A stretch of DNA of 64,000 nucleotides from Chthoniobacteraceae bacterium (GTDB lineage: Bacteria > Verrucomicrobiota > Verrucomicrobiia > Chthoniobacterales > Chthoniobacteraceae). The position numbers and the translations under genes are program-made. The stretch's first letter is position 1, and each line of letters opens with the position of its first letter. The stretch lies in assembly GCA_031409655.1 (NCBI GenBank), contig JANNXQ010000187.1, positions 71,515 to 135,514 on the forward strand. Reading direction: 5' to 3'. The notes beneath the pieces were generated by a model that worked only from the letters and a program-made list of their open reading frames with translations, had not been told where the DNA came from and searched no databases. Positions 7,878 through 16,900 of the stretch are shown here, piece by piece.

Positions 7878-10800
7878 TCACGGTGATGTGATCCGCAAGC
7901 GCACGTAGCGCTGCGCATTCGGACCAGCGGGTAACGTGGCCTTCATTTCCTCCACCCCACCGGCGGTTCCGATGGGACTCTGGCTGACCCCGGCCACGCT
8001 CCAACTTCCGGCTGCAAGCGTGTCGCTCCATTCCACGATGAAGGTGGACGACGCCACGGCGGCGACGTTGCGGAAGTAAGTAAACTCGAGCGATGCGCCG
8101 TTCTTCACGCAGTTGATCGGGAAGACGCCGGGGACATTCGGTTCACCGTGCAGCGCGAATTCGGCGAAGTTCGTCAGGGCGTCGCGGTCCGGGTTGGCAT
8201 TCGGTCCGGCGATGGTCGCGTTGCTCCAGTTCGCGCCGAAGTTCAGCGCCTGCCATTGCTGCCACGCGCTCGCGGCGGTCCACACGAGATTCACGGCAGT
8301 GCCGGTGTGCTGAAGCGAAAACGCGCCCCAGCCACTCGCGCTCCGCCCGGTGCTGTCGGCGGTGAGGGTGCCGAGCGTGAAGGTGCCGGCAATGCTCGGA
8401 GCGATGACTGCGGGCCAGGTGCGGTTCGCGCTCCAGAAGGCGTCGGTGAAATCCACCGTGCTGCCGGGACGGTTGAGAAAGAGGTCGAGGCGCGCGCCAT
8501 TCGTCATATTCACGGTCGCGGCGCTCACTTGATCGAAGTCGTTCGCCGCGGCGCTGTTGGTCACGAGTTCCCACTGGAGATGGCTCGCGCTGCCGTAGCT
8601 CACGCTCGAGGCGAAGACCTGCGTCCCCGCGGTGGCGTTGCCGGGGGCGTGATTGCCGTTGATCACCGCGAGGCAGGAGAGCGTGCCCGCGCCGCCAAAG
8701 GTCGTGCCGAGATTTGCGGCCACGCTCGATGCGCCGGTGACGCTGCCATTCACGAGCAGCGTGCCGGCAGTGACGTTGATGCTGCCGGTGTGCGTCACGG
8801 GGCCATTGAGCGACCACGTGCCGGACTCCGATTTGGCGATGCTCACGAGCGCGGTGCCCGGTGCATAATCGCTGATCGACCCGGTGACGACTCCGATGCC
8901 CGCGCCGCGCAGGCGCAGATTTCGCGAAGTCGTGATGGGCGCGATGTCCCCGGAGATGGTGAGCGCGCCGGCGGCGACGACGATCCCCGTGTCCCCACCA
9001 CCGCCGGTGAGGCTGATGTTGCCAGCGATGCTGTTGTCGCCGGCTTCGTTGATGATCGCGCCGGCGCTGTTGTTACTCGTCTGGAAGGTGAACTCGGGCG
9101 GTAGCTCGATATCCGCGCTGCTGCCGTCGAGGCGGAGCTGCGGGTTGCCGTTGGTGCCGTTGTTCACCTTGATGGTCTTCGCGCCTTCGCCGAGCGCGGC
9201 GGCGCTGGTGATGCGCAGCGCGCCGGAGACCACGTTCACGATTCCCGCGAAGCTGTTGTTGCCGGTGAAGACGACGGTGCCGGCGCTGATCGGGCAGTCG
9301 ATCATCACGCCGCCGCTGCCGCCGATGTTATTGGCGACGGTGAGGGTGCCGGTACGGTCGAAGCGCAGCGTGCCATCCACGGTCACGTCGCCCGCGCCGA
9401 GCGTGCCGGTCGCGCCGTCATTGCCGATTTGCAGCGTGCCGGCGGCGATGGTCGTGTCGCCGGTGTAAGTATTGATGCCGCTAAGGATGAGGGTGCTGCT
9501 GCTGCTCGTGCGCGTGATGCCGCCGGGTCCGCTGAGGTCGCCGCTGAAGAGGAAGCGCCCGCTATTTGTCGCGGTGAAGGTGGTGTCCGCGCCGAGCATG
9601 ATCGGCGTGGTGACGTCGTAAGTGATCGTCGAGTTCGTGGCGGTGAGCGCGACGCTGGGATTGAGCGCGCCGTTGTTCAGGAGCTGGAGCGCGTTGCCGC
9701 CGATGGTCACGTTCGTCGCCGCGGTGCTCGTGCCGCCGAGCGCGAGCGTGTTGATCTGGAAGTTCGCGGCGAGGTTGTTGTTCGCCGCGACGGTGCTGCC
9801 GGTGATGGTCTGGCCGGTGAAAAATTGCAACGTGCTGCCGCGGCTGCTTGCGGGCGGCGTGTTGCCGCTCCAGTTCGTATTCGTGCTCCACGTCTGCGCG
9901 CCGTTGCTCGCATTCGTCCAGGTGTAAGTGGCGGGACTCGCGCTGAGCGTGATCGTGCCCATCGCGCTGAGTCCGCCGAAGTGCCGCACGGTCATGCCGC
10001 CGGCGAGATTTCCGATCTCCGTGGCGCTGAGGTCATCGGAGAAAACCGCGAGTTCATCGAGCTGCCCATCGAACCAGCGCGGCACAAACGCCGCGGTGAT
10101 GTCGGTGTGCCCGCCGAAGATCAGCGGCGCGGTCTGGTTCGTCGCGAGCGCGAAGCTGTTGTCGCTGCCCACGAGCACGCCATCCAGATACACGCTCAGC
10201 ACGGTGCCGCTGCGCACCACGGCAAAGTGCCGCCACGCACCGGGCGGCACCGTACTCACGGTGAAGTCCACATCGGGACCAGGATAGTGGTGCAGAGTCA
10301 GTTGGTTCGCGCCGCGCGCGAACAGGTAGAACTCCTCCGCGGTGCCGAATCCATCACCCGCGTTCAGGTGGAAAATCATGTCGTCGCTGCCGGCGTCGCG
10401 GCGTTTGAACCAGCCGGCGATCGTCCAGTCCGACGTGTTGAAGTTTAGCTCCGCGGTTGAGATCGTGCGGCTGAGTCGGGCGGCGTTCGCGCCGCCATTC
10501 TCCGCGAGATCGAGCGCGCGTCCGGCTCGACCGAGCGCGGCGGGCACATCGCTCACGAGCGTCGCCGTGCCGGTGCCGATCGCGTCGAGCGTGCCGCTGC
10601 GGCCGTGATCAGACGCGTCCGAGATTTCCGATGCCACGGTCGCGTCCGGCAGCTCGAAGTCATAGGCGACCACCGCGCGCGGATCGGGCGTGGTGTCCGT
10701 GGCGGTGAATTGGAATGCGGGCAAGCCGGAATAGCCGGGCGTCGGCGTGAAACGCGCGGTGTGGCCATCGGGCAGCAGGATCACCGTGCCATTCGCCGGA

Positions 10801-13800
10801 CTGCTCACACTGAAGCGCATCTGCGAAGCGGGCGTGCTGTCGTCGGTCACGTAGTTGCGGAGATCGATATCGACCGCGTTCTCGCCTACGAGCGTCGCGT
10901 TGCCATTGCTGGCCGCGGGCGGATCGCTGAGCGCGGCAATGTTCCAGGTATTCAGCGGCACGATCGCGGGCGGCGTGAGCGGCGGAAGTTCGCCCGCGGC
11001 GAGCGGCACGAACCACACGGCGAGCGTCGTATTCGTGACGCCAGTGAGGGCGATCGCGAGTTTCTTGTGGCCGGTGTTCGCGTTCTGTCCGGCGGGATTC
11101 GGCGACGTCGGCAGCGGCACGGCGTCCATGATCTGGAAAGTGCCGGCGCTGCTGAGGATCTTGCACCAGAGCCGCTCGGCACCCTGCGTCATGGTCGCGG
11201 AGGTGCCGTCGGGATCGATCACCACGGTGGTCGTCGGAGAGGTGAAGTGCGCAAACCACCAGACCGTTTTCCCCGAGCCGGCGACGATCTCATCCTGCAC
11301 CAGCACCTCGTCGCGCGCACCGAAGAGCCGCGTGCCGCGCCAGACGCGCGACATGCCGCTGTGGACCGGCGTGAGATCGTGGATCGCAAAGGAGCCGCTC
11401 CCATTCGGCTCGGACTGAAACGCGACGAGCGGCGCGACGGCGTTGAGCACCATGTCGTTCGCCGCGCCGGGATTGATGACGAGGGTGTTCTGCCCCTCGG
11501 CTCGCATCCGATAGTAGTCCCAGCGATCCGTGCCGCTCGGATTCGGGGTGCTGCTGAAGTAATTGGCGAGCGCGTAGTTGTCGCCGCCGAGATCGTGGAA
11601 CCAGCGCTTGCCGAGCGCATCGAGCACGAAGGTGCCCGCGTCGAGATTCCCGTGATCCGCGCCCATCTCACCGCCCTTGCAGCCGATGAAAGTCGTGCGC
11701 GTGTCATTCCACTTTCCGCGCAGCGTCACCATCTCCTGGGGGAGAAATGCGGTCGTCGCTTCGCCGTGAAAACCTTTGTCCGGCGTCGCGCCGCTGCCCG
11801 CGAGCGAAGTCGCGCTGTCCGCCCACCACAATGCGCTGAGCGTGCTGCCGCCGCCCTGGTTTTCCCACCACGCATAGACCGGCTGGCCGAAGCGCCGTGC
11901 GAGCCAGAAAAATTCCGGCCCGCGCCGCGCCCCGCCCGCACCGGCGTCGGCGTAGTTGAAGATCACATTCGATGGCCCCGCGCTGTGGATCGCCGCCCAG
12001 CCGCTGTCCGCGAAGTTGCGCGTCGCGCTGAGCCCGAAGTCGCTGCCAAGCACCCACTCGAGTCCGGTCATCATGCGCATCGCATACTCCATCGTGTAGC
12101 CCCAGTAGCCGGGGCCTTCGTACCAGTTGCCGTTGTCGGTCGTGAAGTGGGCCAGCACCGGGCGCGCGGAGTTGAGCGCGCGATTGAGGATGTTCTCGAC
12201 GAGCGCTTCGCTCTCGGTGCCCAGGGCGAGCGCGCCGAGCGTGAGGCCGCCGTTGCAGACGGCGTTCCAATTGTTCGCGTTGATCTCCGACCACCACGCA
12301 CCGCCCGTGTACTGGCTGAGGCCGACGTTCAGACCTTTGTTGATCAGCGCGGTGCGGATCGTCGTGCGCCGCGCGGGCGTCCAGTAGTTGTAAAACCAGT
12401 CGTAGCCGATCGCGAAGGCGTGCGTCATTTCCGCCGTGTCGAGGAAGTGCGCGGGATGCCAGTCGGGGAACGCGGCCGCGGCGTCGAGTTCGGTCCACGC
12501 ACGCTCGGCATACTGCGCGTCACCGGTGAGCCACCACGCGAGGCCGAGCTGGTACATGCGATCTTTCACCGAGCGAGACTGCGAGAGGATCGTGCCGCGC
12601 ACGTCGGGCGTGTAGGTGTTCACCGGCAGCGTGAGGGTGTTGTCCGCGGAGTTGATCGCATTCTGCGCCCACGTCTTCGGCTTCGAGGATGTCGCGCCAA
12701 GCCACTGCGCGCGCAGCCCCGCAAAGCGCTCCGCCGTGGAGAAAATGCGCGGATGCTCCTGCGCCATGGTGTCGAGCAGCGCCGCCTGCGCGGGCTGCGC
12801 CGTGGTGATGCCCGGCTGCAAGAGCGCGCTCCCCGGGATGACGCTGAAGGCCGCATCGCCGGGCCGCATCCAGCCGACGCTCCAGTGATCCGCGCCGGTG
12901 TCTTCCTTGTGCAGCAGCTCCACGTAGTAGCGCTGGCCCTGCACGAGCGCGCGCGGTGCGGAGGGCGCCGCCCACTGGCGGAAAGTGGTCGCGCTCGTGG
13001 TGCTCGCGATCAGCGTCTTGCTCGCCGCCGTCGCGTTGGTGCTGAGGAAAAGCTGCACCGCATCATTCCCACTCACCGCAAAGGTGTAACTCCCCGTCAC
13101 CGCCGGCACGATGAACCCCGTCACCCGCGTGCCGTAGCTGTCCGCCCAATCCTGCGCGAGACACTCAAAGCTCGTGATGAACTCCCGCCCGCTCGGCTTC
13201 GCCGGATAGTTCGCATTCCCGGTGAGCGTCGCGATCGAGCCGCCCGCGAGCCCGCTCCAGTGCTCCTTCAAAAGAGATCCACCCGCGCGATCCACCCGCG
13301 CCGGATAAAGCCGCGTCACTGGGATCACCTCCCGCGCCCGCGACGCCGCGGACCACTCCAGCCGCACCGACGCCCCACCCGCCTGCTCGATGTACTCGAG
13401 CCGCACATTCACCCGCTGCCCCGCCCCGAGCCGCGCCTGCCCGCGCATCTCCCCCGCACCGGCCTGGAAAAAGGTGCGCAGTGTCACGAGTTGATCGTCC
13501 ACCCACAGTCGCGCTCCATCGTCCGCCGTGACGTAGAAAATGTACAGCTCCGAAAACTCCGGCTCGATCTGCCCCGTCCACGCCACGGAGAACGTATCCG
13601 CACCGGTGATCGTCGTCCCGCTGGGAATCGCCGTGCCCCAGGCGAAATCCACCTCCGCATCCGTGCGCGTCGTCTTCAGCGTCCCGAAGCTCGCCGTGTC
13701 GTAGTACTGCCCCGTGAGCCCGGTACCCACGGCAAACGCCCCGACCTCCAGAGCCAGGACCACAACGAACGCGCAAGCCCATACCGGCCATAAGGTGAAG

Positions 13801-13835
13801 CGAGCCGGAGCGGCGTGAAGGTGGGAGGAATGCAT
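7878..13835 (-). CDS. giant surface protein: PA14 x2, heparinase II/III-like lyase, Ig with LamG insert, autotransporter-associated beta-strand repeats, conserved C-terminal module
   Basis: PA14 (ADDGARLWVD); HFLDTAEM, NNWNAVCNGG, YEGPGYW, HGNLDAGTF; LamG WFDGQLDELAVF; LSGINTYTGDTTIAAGTL; EWSDTL...YVRLRI. Confidence 0.85.
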   Translation of the reverse strand: MHSSHLHAAPARFTLWPVWACAFVVVLALEVGAFAVGTGLTGQYYDTASFGTLKTTRTDAEVDFAWGTAIPSGTTITGADTFSVAWTGQIEPEFSELYIFYVTADDGARLWVDDQLVTLRTFFQAGAGEMRGQARLGAGQRVNVRLEYIEQAGGASVRLEWSAASRAREVIPVTRLYPARVDRAGGSLLKEHWSGLAGGSIATLTGNANYPAKPSGREFITSFECLAQDWADSYGTRVTGFIVPAVTGSYTFAVSGNDAVQLFLSTNATAASKTLIASTTSATTFRQWAAPSAPRALVQGQRYYVELLHKEDTGADHWSVGWMRPGDAAFSVIPGSALLQPGITTAQPAQAALLDTMAQEHPRIFSTAERFAGLRAQWLGATSSKPKTWAQNAINSADNTLTLPVNTYTPDVRGTILSQSRSVKDRMYQLGLAWWLTGDAQYAERAWTELDAAAAFPDWHPAHFLDTAEMTHAFAIGYDWFYNYWTPARRTTIRTALINKGLNVGLSQYTGGAWWSEINANNWNAVCNGGLTLGALALGTESEALVENILNRALNSARPVLAHFTTDNGNWYEGPGYWGYTMEYAMRMMTGLEWVLGSDFGLSATRNFADSGWAAIHSAGPSNVIFNYADAGAGGARRGPEFFWLARRFGQPVYAWWENQGGGSTLSALWWADSATSLAGSGATPDKGFHGEATTAFLPQEMVTLRGKWNDTRTTFIGCKGGEMGADHGNLDAGTFVLDALGKRWFHDLGGDNYALANYFSSTPNPSGTDRWDYYRMRAEGQNTLVINPGAANDMVLNAVAPLVAFQSEPNGSGSFAIHDLTPVHSGMSRVWRGTRLFGARDEVLVQDEIVAGSGKTVWWFAHFTSPTTTVVIDPDGTSATMTQGAERLWCKILSSAGTFQIMDAVPLPTSPNPAGQNANTGHKKLAIALTGVTNTTLAVWFVPLAAGELPPLTPPAIVPLNTWNIAALSDPPAASNGNATLVGENAVDIDLRNYVTDDSTPASQMRFSVSSPANGTVILLPDGHTARFTPTPGYSGLPAFQFTATDTTPDPRAVVAYDFELPDATVASEISDASDHGRSGTLDAIGTGTATLVSDVPAALGRAGRALDLAENGGANAARLSRTISTAELNFNTSDWTIAGWFKRRDAGSDDMIFHLNAGDGFGTAEEFYLFARGANQLTLHHYPGPDVDFTVSTVPPGAWRHFAVVRSGTVLSVYLDGVLVGSDNSFALATNQTAPLIFGGHTDITAAFVPRWFDGQLDELAVFSDDLSATEIGNLAGGMTVRHFGGLSAMGTITLSASPATYTWTNASNGAQTWSTNTNWSGNTPPASSRGSTLQFFTGQTITGSTVAANNNLAANFQINTLALGGTSTAATNVTIGGNALQLLNNGALNPSVALTATNSTITYDVTTPIMLGADTTFTATNSGRFLFSGDLSGPGGITRTSSSSTLILSGINTYTGDTTIAAGTLQIGNDGATGTLGAGDVTVDGTLRFDRTGTLTVANNIGGSGGVMIDCPISAGTVVFTGNNSFAGIVNVVSGALRITSAAALGEGAKTIKVNNGTNGNPQLRLDGSSADIELPPEFTFQTSNNSAGAIINEAGDNSIAGNISLTGGGGDTGIVVAAGALTISGDIAPITTSRNLRLRGAGIGVVTGSISDYAPGTALVSIAKSESGTWSLNGPVTHTGSINVTAGTLLVNGSVTGASSVAANLGTTFGGAGTLSCLAVINGNHAPGNATAGTQVFASSVSYGSASHLQWELVTNSAAANDFDQVSAATVNMTNGARLDLFLNRPGSTVDFTDAFWSANRTWPAVIAPSIAGTFTLGTLTADSTGRSASGWGAFSLQHTGTAVNLVWTAASAWQQWQALNFGANWSNATIAGPNANPDRDALTNFAEFALHGEPNVPGVFPINCVKNGASLEFTYFRNVAAVASSTFIVEWSDTLAAGSWSVAGVSQSPIGTAGGVEEMKATLPAGPNAQRYVRLRITSP

Positions 13836-13995
13836 AAAGTCGGGTGGAAGCCGCCCAAGTCTCAGCCAGGGGCCGCTGACCATGCCTCAAAACCTGCCGC
13901 GCGGCAACGCTGGAAGCCGCGGCACTGTTCCTTGCCGCCGCCCGCTGAACCCGCTAACCTTTGACTCGCCTTCTGCACATTCTTCCCCCCTCCCG

Positions 13996-16900
13996 ATGAA
14001 ACCCTCCCGCACCGCACTTTTCGTCTTCGTGGCCCTCGCGGCCATCGCCGCCACGCTGCTCTGGCCTAGGCCAGCACCGCAGCCGCGCGGTGCAGCCGCG
14101 AGCACCCCGGCTCCGGCGCCGGTCGCTGCGCCGGAAGTGGCGAAACCCTCGACGCCGGCCACTCCGGGCCTCGCCGCGGTCCTGCCCGCGCCGAATCCGC
14201 AACCCGTCGCCGTCGTTCCCGCGCCCACCCCCGCCGCACCGGCCGCCGAAACGATCCGCCAGCTCCGCCAGGACATCCGCTGGCAGGCGCCAATGCCGGA
14301 GCCGGTCTTTGCGCAGTTCCGCGATTGGACCCAGCGCTTCGCCGCAGCCCAGGCCCCGGAGGTGCAGGCCGAGCTTCTCCCCGAAGGTCTCGCGATCGTC
14401 GAGGAACGCCGGAACGTGATGGCCGATCTGATCGATCAAAATCCGCGTCGCGCGCTGGAACTCGCGGTGCCGGCAGCGGTCCGGCGGACTTTGCCCGCGG
14501 ACATCGTCGCGCAGCTCGAGGAGCCCGTCGCGGGTCGCGGAGATTTGTGGGTCGCAGCGGCGTTGCCGATGCCGGGCCAGGAGCTGCGCGTGCGCCCTGT
14601 CCAGCGGACGGTGGAGATGAAAGACGGGCGGAAATTTGACGCCTTCACCTTTGGCCAGCGCGATTTCGTCCAGACGAAGATGGGCATCGCCGTGCAGGGC
14701 ATCGCACTCGACGGGAAGCTCGCGCTGACGGAACTGCCGGGCCGCGTGCTGGAGCCGGTGGAAGTGCAGGAACTCCACGCGGCCAGCGGCGCGACGCCGA
14801 TCTGCCCGACTTCGGGCGAAGTGACTGCCGGACAGTCTGATGAGGTCGTCGTCGATTGGGATGGCAAGGAGCACACTTTTTTCTGCGGCCCGCAGCACGC
14901 GCTCGATTCCCTGATCGCGGCGTCCGGCCTGGAAGCGATGGCGGGCGGCGACGGCGGCGGCGGGCCAGGGGCGCAGAGTGGCGCGACGGAAGGCGTGAAG
15001 AAGCTGCTCATCATCCGCGTGGATTTTCCCGACCAGCCGGGCCAGGTCGTGAGCGACGCGACGCTGACCACTTTGATCGGGAATTTCGTCACCCACTGGG
15101 CGGAGATGTCGAATGGCAAGATGAGCTGGACGGCGCTCGGCGCGGGCTCGGATTTCACGCCGACGCTGCGGCTGCCGCTCGGCCACGCGAACTACACCGG
15201 ACTCGGCGCGATGCTCGCCGCGGCGCGCACGGCCGCCACGGCGGCGGGGTTCAATTACACGAACTACACCCACGATGTCGTGGTCACCGGCGACAAGCCG
15301 GACGTGGGCTTCGGCGGCGTCGCCTACGTCGGCGGGCGCGGCGCGTGGCTCGCCAATGGCCAGTGGAATCTCGGCGTGGGCAGCCACGAAGTCGGCCACA
15401 ACTTCGGCCTCAATCACGCCGGGTTTTGGGACACCACCGATGGCACGACGATCGGCGCGGGTGCCGCGGTAGAATATGGAAATCCTTTCGATCAAATGGG
15501 CGGCGCGAGCAGCTCGATGGACGCCCACTTTGGCGCCCGCCAGAAGAACTACCTGGACTGGCTCGTCGATGCCGACGTGGTGAAGATCACGGCGAATGGC
15601 ACAACGACGACGCGCATCCGCGCGTGCGATCGTTCGGTGGCCACGAGTGACAAGGCCATCGCCGTGGATCGCACCGGTACTGCGTTTGACTACTGGATCG
15701 AGTACCGCCAGGACTACGCCGACACGAACCTCTGGGCGCGCGACGGCGTCTTCCTGAATTGGGGCGACGTGACGATCAACAACGGCAAGCCGCTGCTCCT
15801 CGACATCACCCCGGCGACGAGTTCCAAGGACGACTCCCCGCTGCTCATCGGGAGCACTTTTTCCGACACCGCGGCCGGCATCCACATCACGCCGATCCTG
15901 CGCGGGGCGGACGTGGACGGCACGACGTGGGTGGATGTGACGGTGAATCGCGGAACCTTCCCCGGCAACCGCAAGCCGACGGTGACGATGTCGGCAACAA
16001 ACTTGAATCCGGCGATCGGCGACAACGTTACCTTCACCGCTACCGCGACCGATCCCGACGGCAATCCGCTGGCCTACGGTTGGGATTGGGGGGATGGGAC
16101 TTTCACCGCGAACAATCTCCCAACGGCGACGAAAAAATGGAGCACCGCCGGGACGCGCACGGTGCGCTGCCGGGTGAGTGACATGAAAGGCCTGGTGGCC
16201 ACGGGACAAGTGCTGATCCAGGTCGGCACGAGCACCACCTTCTTCATCCAGGGCACCGTGACGACCACGGCTGGCGTGCTCGTGGAAAACGCGGTGGTGC
16301 GCGCTGACTCGACGCATAGCGACACCACGGACACCGAAGGCTACTACGCGATCACCGGGCTGAATGCGGGCAGCTACACCCTCACCGCGACGAAGACGGG
16401 CCTCTCGATCAATGCGGGCAACTTCACCAATCCCGCGGTGGTCGGGCCGAACAAGCTAAACGTGAACTTCACCGCGCCGCCGGGGTCGCCGTACTTTTCC
16501 ACGATGAAGGCGGGGCTGCTCGATCAGGGATCAAACACCGGCGCCGTGATCGTGCCGGTGAGCGACGCCGACACCCCGATCGCGAACCTCACCCTGACCG
16601 GCACTTCGTCGAATCCGGCGATCATCCCCGACGCCAGCATCACCTTCCTCACCGTGGGCTCGACGGTCCGCACGGTCACGGCGGCCGCCGCTTCGACGGT
16701 CGCTGGCGCCCTAAATCTCACCATCACCGCGACCGATCCCGAGGGCGGCACGAACAGCTACGTCTGGCCGGTGACGGTGAATGCGAAACCCGTGCTCGCG
16801 GTGACCACACAGACCACACCGGAGAATACCCCGATCGACATCGATCTGCGCCCTTTCGTGACCGACGTCACCCCCGATGACAAGATCGGCTTCGAGTTGC

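Noticed and set aside
10605..13793. 1062-aa plus-strand ORF and similar long antisense ORFs (13954-16317, 40161-42695, 55923-57923)
   Set aside because: They lie opposite well-supported genes, have no recognisable motifs, and are typical shadow frames in high-GC DNA.
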